Positions 35,101 through 48,700 of a DNA stretch of 64,000 nucleotides are shown one piece after another. The DNA is taken from the NCBI RefSeq assembly GCF_009834535.1, contig NC_045717.1:16802001-16866000 (forward strand), written 5' to 3'. The DNA is from Camelus ferus. Lineage: Eukaryota. The position numbers were made by a program, and so were the translations under genes. The notes below the pieces were generated by a model. That model was not told the DNA's origin. It searched no databases and was given only the letters and a program-made list of their open reading frames with translations. Positions within the stretch are counted from its first letter, which is position 1. Each line of letters opens with the position of its first letter.

Positions 35101-38100
35101 TAATGGAAGTACTGGGGATCGAACCCAGGACCTCGTGCATGCTAAGCACACACTCTAAACTGAGCTATACCCTCCCCCTGAGCCTCACTTTCCACCTCTA
35201 CAAAAAGGGGGTCTCTGAAATCAAGGGCATGAAATGCTGTGCCAACTGTAAAGTGCTTTCCACAAATGGCCAGAGCAAGGGACCTGGGGTCTCTGCAGGA
35301 GCATCAAGGGTGGCTGGCACACGTTCAGGTCATAGCTCGATGCCTTTGTCCCCCTCACCTGCCTCCTGGAACCCAGTCATCCGCTGGACAACACCCTGTG
35401 CGTCACGGGGAAGGTGACTCAGGCCACGGCCACAAGAACACCCTGTGCTCCCTCCAGGGCCCTTTCGGGACCACACTGCTGACATAGGAGTCCCGGATTG
35501 GCCCTCCTGTTTGTGGATTAGGACCTGAGGCTCAAGGAGGCATCTGGGATTTTTTTCAGATCCCTTTGACCCCAAACCCTGTACCATCCAAGGTTTTGCC
35601 ACCAAGCTATTGTCAAAACCTGGGTCTGTTTCAGCCTGAGGGAGCTCAACAAAGTCCTTGGGGGCAAAAAACCTTCCAGAGGTCTATCACCAACTCCCCG
35701 GTGTTCTCCACTCAGTTCTGTCTTCACTATGCCTCTTCTTACATACCCCCTCTGACAGGGAGCTCACCCCCTTACAGAACTGGTCCCTGCACTCTGGATG
35801 GCTTGGCCTGGGAGAAATCCCTTAGCCTCAGGCAGCCCCCAGAGAGGGAAGCAAGTGGGTAGAGAAAAGACCCTGCTGCAAGCAAACATAGTTTTCCTCA
35901 CTCCATCTTGGCCTAAAGCCAGCAAGGCAAGGAAGGAGGTTCTATTATTATCCCCATTTCTCAGAGGAGGAAACTGAGGCCCCAGGGAAGTGATCAGCCC
36001 AGGGTCATGCGTCAGCAGGTCAGAATCAGAGCCAGGCGCCCAGCCCAGGCCTGTCCAGATCCCAGCTGAGAACCGGGGAAGCTCTTGACATTGTTTACCC
36101 CAAGTGACATCCCCCTGTGGAGGAAACAATGAGTGCTTAAGCCCAGAGCCCCTCCTGCTCCTCTCTGCAGGGTCACAGGAAGGGCCTCTGGCCTGCGGGC
36201 TCCAACCTTGATTCGTCTTCCCCTGAGAAAGGGGCTGGGATGAACAGGCTGGGGTCTTCAGCTCTGGATGAGTCCCAGCTCGGCCAGTCACACACTGGGC
36301 AGCCAGAGAACGACTAAATCATAACATGCGAATTTTAGAGGCACCCGGTAGGGGACCAGATAGGAGGCCCAGCATCCCAGCATCAAATCATTCACCCGTT
36401 GGAGGAATGGTTGATTTTTTTCCCCCACTCTTTTTCCTTCTGGGCTTCGAGAAAGTTTCCACTGGTGCTAACTCACCCTAACACCTCCCAGACCCCTGCA
36501 GCTCTCCCGTGTCCGCAGAGGGAGGGCAGACCCAGGGCCTGCACAAGTACAAGGTGTTGTTTTATTTTTTTTTTTGGCAGGGGTAGCTTTTTAATGGAGG
36601 TACTGGGGCTTGAATCCAGGACCTTGTGCATGCTAAGCACGTGCTCTACTGCTGAGCTATACCCTCCCCTCGCAAGGTCTTGCTTTTTAATTGAACGTTT
36701 ATAAGTTGTTCTTTATTCATGGCAAGTGCACCAGCTTTCCTTTACTTGGTAAGACTGTCCTTTGGAGATCAGCTTATTTAAGTCAAAAAAAAAAAAAAAA
36801 AGTCATGGACACGACAAATATTAAGTGAATATTGGTTTAGGGGCTATGTGGCTTGAGGCGGCCAAAGTCACAACGTGGAAGGTTGAAGATGAGCTTTCAG
36901 CCCCGGCTCTGAGCTGGGTACACAGCGAGTGTCAATTCAGGTTCACTGATTTGTTTTTTCATTCAACCCATGTTTCTTGAGCAGCTGCTGGGTGCTGAGG
37001 ACACAGGGAAGAATAAGGCACAGCAATCCAAATCCTTCCCCTTGTGCGGCTCACAGTCTAGTGAGGGAGATGGATAATAAATCAGATAAATGAGCTACTA
37101 CAGGGCCCCTTGGTGATGGGTGAGACAGGAATGAGGAAGCTTGAGGAGATGGGAATATTCCATGGGGTGGGGGGGAGGGCCAGGGCAGGCTTTACCAAGG
37201 AGGTGTCATTTGGGCAGAATCCTAAAGGAGATGAGGGGATTCCGGGAAAGGTGCACCAGACCGAGCACAGCCTGCAAAGGCCCTGTGGCAGGGCTGTCTG
37301 TGCCTGGTAAGTTGGAGTGAGGAGGCTAGTGTGGCTGGAACAGAGTGATGGAGGGGAGTGGGAGGAGGTGAGGTCGGGGAGATGACAGGGGCAGATCGGG
37401 CACGGCCTGGTGGCTGTGTGAGGAGTTTGGGAGCCCGGGGAGGGCTATAAACAGCAGAGGATGGACCCAACTCAGGTATAGTCACAGGCTCATTCTGATC
37501 GCTGCTATGGGGGGGGGGGTGAAGTTGGGAACCTGGGACCAGGCTGAAGGCAACTGCCTTGGTCCAGGTAAGTGATGGGACTTAGGAGCCTCAGTCTCTG
37601 AAAATGGCCAGGGAACACCCTCCCTTGCAGGCTGGCAGGCAGGAGAGGGTAAAGAATGTCTCACTTGGAGCTGGTGAATCCTGGTAGAAGACAGAGGCTG
37701 GAGCTGAGAAAGGGGGACCAGAGCCAGCCAAGGAACGTGAGGCTGCGGGGGGTGGGGTGGGGGCCCAGGGAAGAGCCAGGGAAGGAAGGGAGGGGGCCAG
37801 CGGAAGCGGGACTTGGCTGAGGCCCCCACCTCCCCCACCAGGAAACAGCCTCTGCGCCAACCCCTGACCCCTGGGGAGAACTTTTGCCAGGCCAAGGAGG
37901 GGGAAGGGCATTCCAGACAGAGGGGTGGCTCCTGCAAAGGCAAGGGGGAGGGGTAGAAGTCAAGGAAAGGCTCTGATTAGTTTGGGGGGTACTTTGGCAG
38001 GTTTTGATTCCCTGATGGGGAGGCCGGATTAGGGGCTGAGTGAGTGGAGCCTTGAATGCCAGATATAGGTCTGGCTTTGTCCTGAGGGCACTGGGGAGCC

Positions 38101-38754
38101 AAAGAAGTGCAAGAGTAGGGGCAGGTTCATTAGAAAAACCCTCCTGGGGGGCAGGGTATAGCTCCGTGGTAGAGTGCCTGCTTAGCATCCACGAGGTCCT
38201 GGGTTCAATCCCCAGAACTTCCACTATATATAAATAAACCTAATTATCTTCCTCCCAAAACAAGCAAACAAAATAAACAAAAAGTCCAGCTCACAAATAT
38301 AAATAAGGAAAAAAAAAAACCTGGAAAAGAAAAACCCTCCTGGGAATGAGTGAGGGGCTAGCTCTAAGTCAGTTCTTTGTAGACAAAAGAGGGAAACTGA
38401 GGCTCTGGCTGGAGGTAGGGGGGCCAGAGGCTTTGGGCAAACTCCTAGCATCCCCAGAACTTTAGGGAGCAAAAGGGAGAGTCAGACAGACTGCAGCAGA
38501 GGCCTGGAGCACAGGAGGAGGTGGCCTCTCTGAACCTCGTCTTTTCATCTGTATAGTGGAGAAGCACACATCACAGTCCACCGTCCCACAGACTCCTCCC
38601 ACAGAGGTTCAACAAGTAGCAGTCTAAGGGGAGGCTGAAACCTGAAGAGGCCTTAAGGTCTTGGGAGCAAGAAGGGGTCTGGGGTAGGGAGTTTGTCCTT
38701 CCATTTGTCTGACCGACTGTTGTATTCCCACCTCCTTCCTGCCCCAGTGGCTGA
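26142..38754 (+). CDS. PLVAP: Plasmalemma vesicle-associated protein (PV-1), 441 aa
   Basis: Exons 26142-26510, 31169-31265, 31366-32078, 33910-33967, 34102-34183, 38748-38754. MGLAMEHGGPYSRAGSSPRGCWYYLRYFFLFVSLIQFLIILGLVLFMVYGN...; coiled coil and Pro-rich end. TATAAA at 26016. Confidence 0.96.
26630..26760. mobile_element. MER53 hAT MITE fragment
   Basis: GTATAAGTATATCCCATGCAATATTTGGGACATACTTA...AATTCAAGTTTAACTGGGCATC. Confidence 0.7.
27378..27620. repeat. Degenerate 30-bp minisatellite in PLVAP intron 1
   Basis: The AGA(T/C)CC(T/C)(C/T)AG...GTCCCC unit recurs at 27422, 27451, 27482, 27511, 27541 and 27571. Confidence 0.7.
28455..30470 (-). mobile_element. L1 3' fragments in PLVAP intron 1, with a nested vic-1-like SINE (about 29635-29740)
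   Basis: Minus L1 3'UTR patterns (GAAATGTAGTTGATTTACAATG; GTTGTGCAACCACCATCACAGTTAATTTTAGAAC; GGAGTGGAATTGCTGGGTCATA) plus a SINE head. Confidence 0.75.
30141..30283. other. Assembly gap (143 N)
   Basis: Run of N within the intronic L1. Confidence 0.99.
30476..30865. mobile_element. MLT1 (MaLR) LTR
   Basis: TGTATGTTTGCTAGAGCTGCC..ACAAAGTACCACAGA..GTGGCTTA..AACAGAAATTTATT...CATACTGGATTAGGGCCCACCCTAA...GACACAATTCAGCCCATA. Confidence 0.85.
32140..33600. repeat. G/T-skewed low-complexity tract in PLVAP intron 3
   Basis: About 1.5 kb dominated by GGGTT/GAGTT/TTAGG motifs and depleted of C on the plus strand. Confidence 0.65.
34519..34645 (+). mobile_element. tRNA-Ala-derived SINE (vic-1-like)
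   Basis: GGAGGGAGGGTGTAGCTCAGTGGTAGAGTGTGTGCTTAGCATGCACAAAGTCCTGGGTTCAATCCC, with AAATCTTCAGAA duplication. Confidence 0.85.
35036..35177 (-). mobile_element. tRNA-Ala-derived SINE (vic-1-like)
   Basis: GGATCGAACCCAGGACCTCGTGCATGCTAAGCAC...GAGCTATACCCTCCCC with a T tail. Confidence 0.85.
36565..36670 (-). mobile_element. tRNA-Ala-derived SINE (vic-1-like)
   Basis: TTTTTAATGGAGGTACTGGGGCTTGAATCCAGGACCTTGTGCATGCTAAGCACGTGCTCTAC..GAGCTATACCCTCCCC. Confidence 0.8.
38146..38327 (+). mobile_element. tRNA-Ala-derived SINE (vic-1-like) with a clear target-site duplication
   Basis: Head GGGGGCAGGGTATAGCTCCGTGGTAGAG..., A tail, TSD AGAAAAACCCTCCTG(GG) at 38132 and 38328. Confidence 0.9.
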
Positions 38755-39344
38755 GGAGGCTCCAGGCCCTGAGGACAGAGGGGTGGCCCTGACTCATCTG
38801 TCTGGAGACAAGGTGCAGCGAGATGCCCACGGCACAGGACCAAGTCATATGATCTTCAGTCCACACACCACAGTGGGCACCCTTGACCTGCGCCCTCTGC
38901 TCATCCTCCCCCACCCCACACCCACACCCCCCAATACTCTCTCACAGGTCCACACCTGCACCACACAACCCCTTACCCACAGGCACCATGATGACATCAC
39001 AGACGGATGCAGTGACATCACACAGGCATGGTGGTGACATCACACCAAGACAAGGCAATGACATCACACAGATGCATGGTGAAATCACACACACACACAC
39101 TTTCTGCCCAACCCTCGGCCAAAGTCATGCCCCTCCTTGCTCATGGACCAAGGCGCTCCCAGCAAGATGGTTACCTTCATCCTCCCCTGACAGTTTCCAG
39201 GCCCTCCTCAAGAGGGAGCATCTGGTCAAGGGGTGAGTATGGCCCATTGGCCCCCTCCGCGCCCCAGGAGGGCAGCTTCCTTTTCACTCCCTCCCCCTCC
39301 ACACTCAGCCTTGTCTGTGGCCTGTATAATTGTTAATGGCACGA

Positions 39345-39350
39345 AATAAA
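39345..39350 (+). terminator. PLVAP poly(A) signal
   Basis: AATAAA about 590 nt after the PLVAP stop codon. Confidence 0.75.
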
Positions 39351-42300
39351 TGTTATCAAATCCCTTCAAAGACTCCGAGTCATGATTTCTGCTTTGAAAA
39401 GTTACCACCTGGCTATGAATGAGAAAAGAACTAGAAATAAAAGGAAAGCTAGAGAACACCTTCCCCAACATCCCCAGATCAGAAGACCCTTAAACCTGGA
39501 ACAAACGTGGGCAGACACACCCCAAGGCATAGGCATCTCCATATGTGAAGAGAAATGGCAAAATCATAGTCAATAAGGGTTTCATGAAATGGCTAGAAAC
39601 CCCTACATTGGGACAATATTATTGTCAGTTTAATGTTTCTTTAAAATAGCAGATATTTTAAAAGCAATTTCTTAAAACAAATAAATACACACATACAAAT
39701 TAAATAATACAAATACACACAAATACAATAAAAACAAATAAATATTTATATATTATTCATAAATACATACATACAAATAAAATAAATAAAACATAAATAA
39801 GCTCACACGTACAAATAAAAAACAGTTTCTTAAAAAGCAACTATGTTTGCAAAGATCCCCCCAAGTACAGACAGCATTTGCTAAGGTACCAAAGCTTGTC
39901 GTGAACTGCAGGAACTCCTACTCGCCAAGATGACTCCAGAACAGTATCACGAAAGTCTCAGCCATTTGTTTTGTTTTGGGTTTTTTTTGTGGTGAGACAG
40001 GATGTTAGAAAAGGCACCAGTGTCCAGTTTGGGAGCAATTCAACTCACCAATCATTAAAGTAGCAGGAAGCCAGGGGAATTTTGCACATTAGAGGAATAC
40101 AGGGAAATCACATGGCTCCCAATGGACTGGGAAAAAATGCTTAAAAGCTATAATACCTACTGCTGGTAAAGATGTAGAGAAAAGGGCATTTTTCTGCAGG
40201 ACTGGTAGAAATGCACATCTCATCATGGCCCTTCTGGACATATTCAATAAAAGTAAAGACAGACATACTTTTGACTCAGCAACCCCATTCCTGGGACTTT
40301 ATCCCTGAGAAGTGAAAACTCTAGGAAACAAAGCAAATGCCCACCTGTAGAAAGAAGTCCTAAAATGTGTGGTCTAGAATCTCAGCTTATCTGTCCTCGC
40401 TGCCTTGATTCCCTCCCAGCCTATCCCCTGGGACCTTGGACAGGGAGGGGATGAGTCATGAGGAGCCGGGGCTGGCAACGCCACGCTTAGAGCAGGCTAG
40501 TCAAGAGGGACAAAGGAGCGATATTTCCTGGATACGGAAACCCCGGGCGAGAGACAGGCCGCTGCAGGAAACACTCGGCTGGGGCCCCGCCAAGCCGGGG
40601 CAGAAGGGTCAGCCAGGCCGGGCCACCTAGACGGACCAGTCTGGAGGCCCCAGGGACACAGGGATGTCCCTGACCCTGAGCCTACGCCTGAGCAGCCTGG
40701 AGTCCTGGAGAGGATGCAGATACCTCCCAGTCCCAGGAGCCACAGGACACCTGAATTTGGGTTCCAGAGCCTGACATTCTTGGTTTCGAATTCTGGCTCA
40801 GTCAACATTTTCTCACCTACAAGTTAGTGTAATAATAATCATTCTAAACTCTCTGGACCCATGGACACAGGCCTCTGACCTTTGTTTGGTGTCTCCCATT
40901 CAGAGCATTCCCTGCCTGGCGCCATCTCAGTCCTCCAACACCTGGACCTCAGCCTCTGCCTCCAATATGGCCCCCAGATATAGAGGATCTTCTCATCGTG
41001 GGATCTGACTGTGTATCTCTCCTGCTCATACACCTTCCATGGCTCCTCATTACCTTGGGAACAAGGCCCAGTTCCTGGGCTCTCTTGTGCCCTGCCTCCC
41101 CGAACAAGGCAGTCTTTGCCTCCAACTGTCCTGGACATTTGATTCTTTGACTCATTGGCTCTTACCTTGTGCTGTGCCCTCAGAATAGAATGCCTTTTTC
41201 TTGCCTGCAGATTCTTCTTCCCCCAAGGCCCAGCCTTACAGATCCCTCCTCCAGGCAGCCCTCCTGGATGCCCCAGTTATAGCTCATGATCCCTCTAGGT
41301 ACCTCTTTGGCCCCATCCCGCCCTCTTTCTAGCCCTGATCTTGTAGCTCTGGCTTCCCCAGGCTGGTGGCCCCCTGGGGGCCAGGTGGGGACTGAGTACC
41401 AGTCAAGGAGCAGTTGGCAGGCTCCCTCCCTGACCCTGTGATCCAGTTGCTGAGTGAGGTTCTATCTCTGGGGATTTCCTGTGACCTCTATAAATAATCC
41501 CCATGGCCGCTTCCCATAAGCCACCTCTCTTTTCTTGGAAAAAAGGGACTGTAGCCAAGGACCTCGGTCCAGCCATGTGCCAGGGACCAGGGTAGGCAGG
41601 CAGAGCCCAAGCATCCTTCCCCAAGAGTGTCTCCCTCCCCATGTAGGCCCCAATCACCCCTCCTGGGAGCCCTCCAGACCTTCCCCACTCAGAGGACATC
41701 TGGCCACCCACCCCGTCTAGCCCATTATTGCTGCTGCTGCTTTTCGTCTTTCTGCAAAATGGACATAATAGTAATAGCCATGGACTAAACTCACGGAGTG
41801 ACCCTTTCCCTCCAGGATCCCGGCCCCCCATTCAAGGGGAACCCCCAGATGTTGAAGAAGGAAATAAATCAACAATTAGTGACATATTGCAATGAAGTCG
41901 TGAAGAAACAGGGTCAGAGGTTCCCTTTAATTGGGTGGTGGGCGCCTCCTGAAGCCCTGCTTCTCTGTGGGTCTTGGATACCTCTCAGCCTCTGCTCATG
42001 TGTCCCCTGGAATTGGAGAGTTTGTATCTTCAACTACTGGAGCTGGAGATCTTTTTCTGATTCTGGAAAAGAGCCTGACCCCACAAGAGACTCAGTTACC
42101 GCCTCTGGCAAGGGGACTTCACCATTTATATGCTGCCAGGTGGGTGTGGAAGCTGGGATCCCTGGGACCTTACAGGGCCGGAGCTTGGCTGGAGGACTGT
42201 AAGGCACCTTCTTTGTTAGAGCAAAGCGCCCTCTGCTGGTTCATCATAACCACAGCAGGTCTGCAGTAAGTCAAAATCAAAGGCCCAGAATCAGGCCCTT

Positions 42301-43479
42301 CCTCTCCTCCTGGACCTCATTTCCCTCCTCTCCAGCCCTCACTCACTCTACTCCAGCCACACTGGCCACCTCGCTCGCTGTTCCTTGAATGTATCATGAG
42401 GCTTCCACCTCAGAGCCTTTGCATGTACTGTGCCCTCTGCCTGGGATGCTCTCAACAGCCTCTTCCACCTGGTTTCCTTCTCACCATTCAGATGTCTACC
42501 CAAACATCACCTCTGCAGGGAAGCCTGCCTTCAAGTCCCTGACCAGGTCAGGTCTCATCGAAAGTTTGTCCAGCAACCATCAGACCTCACTGTAAGGGAT
42601 ACCTGCTTGTTCTCCTCTTGTGTTCCCAGCACCCTCCACTTGGCTTTTGCATAGAAAGCCCACAGTCAAACAGACCTGTGTGCAAATCCCAAAGCTGGGG
42701 ACCTCCAGTAACTAACTACTTCTCTGAGCCCCGTTTTCTTTATCTGTAAAACTGTAACAAAATACCCACAGCGTTGTGCTGTGATGAAGGTCCAATCAAA
42801 TGATGTGCATGATTCTAGTATCTGGTAGGTGATTGATCAATGTTCACTGAGTGAGTGAATGAATCAATGAATGAATGACTAAACTTAGAGAGGAAGGAGG
42901 GCTTGGGGTTTTGCAAGTCACTTTTAAGACACAAGAGGCAACGTTTCAAGATGAATCCGAAAAACGAGTGTCAGCTTGCGGAGCAATAAACACCAATTTG
43001 TGTACAAAATACAAGAAAAACATATGTTAGAGGTGCATCCTCAAGTGTGCAAACATGCAGAGAAAATTCTGGAAGGACACCAGTTAAGCCGTGACCCCAG
43101 GGAATGGGGCTGTTTAAATGTTTCTGTATCACCTGAGTTTTTTACATTCCTTTGGTATTTGCAAAATAAATGAAAAACTATGAAACAAAGAACCCTGAGA
43201 TCCTCCAACTTCCATCCCAATCCTTTACTCTTACTCCCCCAGCACCAGGTGCCCAAAGGGACCTCCATTCAGCCCCACTCCAGGGCCTGAACCCCCAGAA
43301 GTCCCTGCTAGGGAATCCAGTTGGCTGTAGCTTGGTCACCACCAGCATCAGAGGCACCACTGCTTTGGGTTCAAGTTCTTCCTTGAAGGGATGAGATTTT
43401 TACTTGGCCTAAGCTGTTCCCAGATGCTTCAAGGCTTCCTGGTGTCCACTCTGCCTGCGTCCGAGCTTTGGCTGCCCCT

Positions 43480-46340
<2,861 letters not shown>

Positions 46341-46341
<1 letters not shown>

Positions 46342-48700
46342 GGATTTACAAGCAGCGACCTGCCCGCCTGCCCTGTCTGGAGAGTCGGCCAGACTGGGCA
46401 AAAGGCCCCGCCCACTCCGCGGCGTGATTCTTACAGTGCTCAACAACTCTCGATTACTATTGGGCCCCTTAGAAGATGGTACTGCCTACCCTCTGAAGCT
46501 CTCCTCTTCTATTGGCTGAGGCCAGGGAAAGAGGCAAAGGGGCTGCTCGCCAGGGTGCAGCGAAATGATGTTCCTCCGGCAACAATAGACAGGATTTTCA
46601 GATCCTAGAGAGACGGAGATCCTAGTCGTTGGAAATGAAGGGTAGAAGGAAGGGCTGGGCTTGGCACGGGGCCGTGGGAATTATAGAGGGGCGAGGGCTT
46701 GAGTCCCGTATTTTTCATCTTGCCATTACATAGCCTTAGGGGAAGCAAGAGCATCTCAGTAGATGGGAGGGATGATTTCCGGGGAACCCATGCACTGGCC
46801 CTGAGAAAATCTTGTCCAAACATCTGGGAAGACTCCTACTTGTTTTCCTGGAACTCTACAATTTCTCGCCCCTCCCCAGCTTTCCCTCCCGCCGTTCCCT
46901 CGGCCTCGGATACCCTTCCTCATCTGACAAACTCATCCTCAGTGCCTAGCTCCAAGGTCCCCTTCGCAAAGAAGCCTTCCTGGAACACGCAGAACAGCCC
47001 TCTCTCCCTTCTCGACTACTCTGGCCCACGTCTGCTCCTGCAGAGTTGAGTGTCCGGGCTGTCTCTGGCTCCCCGAAAGCCGGAAAGGGGAATCTGAGAG
47101 ATTACTTTCAGGTTAACCCAGGACAGCGCTGGCTCGCAGAATAAAGCGCTGATGGAGGAATTCCAGGCGCTGGATGGGCGGGATCTCCGGGGGCGCTTTC
47201 GCACGGAAAATTCTCTGGTTCTTGAACAGGGCGGGCGGGCGGCGGGCCTATACTTTGGGAAGAATCGAACATTCTTTTAATCAACTCTGCGCCTCACCCT
47301 GCTCGGTTTTGTGTTTTGTTTTGTTTTGTTTGTTCTTCATTTGTAAAAGAGGGATGAAAGATGACATTCGCATTCTCCGAGTTGTTCCATCTGTTAAAAT
47401 TATACATCAAGCGCCTACTGTGAGAGCAACGAGAATCAGTCTGGGTCCCTACCCTTGCTGGGCCCAGTCTAACAGAGAAGTTTACTCAGGATGGTCAGGG
47501 AGTCCGGGTGACAGGCAAAATACAGGACGCCCATTTAAATGTGAATTTCAGATAAACAATGAGCAACGTTTTAGTATAGCTATGTCCCGTGTAATATTTG
47601 AGACATACTAAAAATATATTCGTTTATCTAAAATTCACACTCAACTAGGAGGACTGTATTTTTATTTGCTAAACTTGGTAGTTCTATCGGGTCCTCTCTG
47701 AGGACGTTACATCCTGAAGGATGCAGGGGTTAACTAGACACAGACGGTGTAAAAACTGTCCTAGGCAGCTGAGCAGCATGTGCTAAGGCCCTAAGGCAGG
47801 ACCTGATATAGTTATTCTCATCCCTGCTGTGGTGGTTGAAGTTATTGTTACCAGGAATCTCCTGCGCCCAGGCCTTCCCGGTCCCACGCCCATCTCAGAT
47901 TCCAAACAGTTGGGGAAATCGTCTCCAAGGCGGAGAATCCAGGCCCAGGGCGGGCGGGGACGAGACCCAGAATACAGCAAGGGCGGGGACCAGGAGGAGA
48001 ATGCACGTTCGGTGCGGGCGGGGACGAACACCAGATTGCGAGGTGGGCGGGCGAGAACGAAACCCAGAAAACAACACAGGCGGAGTCGAGAACGAGAGAA
48101 CGACGTGCGCGGGGCCGAGAAGGAGAATCGAGGTTCGGCGCGGGCGGGGACGAGAAGCAGCGCTCGGGCACGCGAGGACGGCGGCTGGCGCGGGCGGGCG
48201 CGGCCTTTGTCTCCTCCTCTGGCGCGCTCCGCCGCTGTACCGGCCCCATGAGCCCGTGGCCCCCAGGAGCCTGGGCCGCCCGCAGCCCCTGACCTGACCT
48301 GCCCTCGCCATGACCGAAGCCGCCTCTGGCCCCGGGGGAACGTCCCTGGAGGGCGAGCGTGGCAAGAGGCCCCCGCCGGAGGGCGAGCCTGCAGCCCCGG
48401 CGTCTGGAGTTCTGGGTATGTGTGCGGCATCTGAATCTGACAGGGTTGCAGGTGCATGGGGTGTTCGCGGCGGCTGTACAGGGAAGGGGATTGAAGTCAG
48501 CAGTCCCGGGCCTGGAGTCCAGTCGAAGGGCCCGCTCCTTGGCACTGCGGCTGCAGCCGGGCGGGCGCGGCCGGGACGGTGCAGCGGGTGGTGGGTCCCA
48601 GCGCAGAGACCCGGACACGCCCCTCCTAGAGCCCCGGCCAGGGACTGAACCCAGTCACCCCTTGGGCTACCGGATCGAGGCCGGGCAGTGATGCACTTGA
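46341..48700. promoter_or_regulatory. Divergent (head-to-head) GTPBP3/ANO8 CpG-rich promoter region with a GC-box array
   Basis: CpG-dense blocks near 46250-46450, 47040-47260 and 47900-48700. Repeated GGGCGGGGAC at 47952, 47981, 48016 and 48142. Confidence 0.7.
47506..47685. mobile_element. MER53 palindromic MITE
   Basis: Arms AAAATACAGGACGCCCATTTAAATGTGAATTTCAGATAAAC / GTTTATCTAAAATTCACA..GACTGTATTTT around a TATGTCCC-GAGACATA core. Confidence 0.85.

Noticed and set aside
41798-42202. Exon-like segment encoding DPGPPFKGNPQMLKKEINQQL
   Set aside because: It has an acceptor-like start but no recognisable protein, partner exons or gene context.
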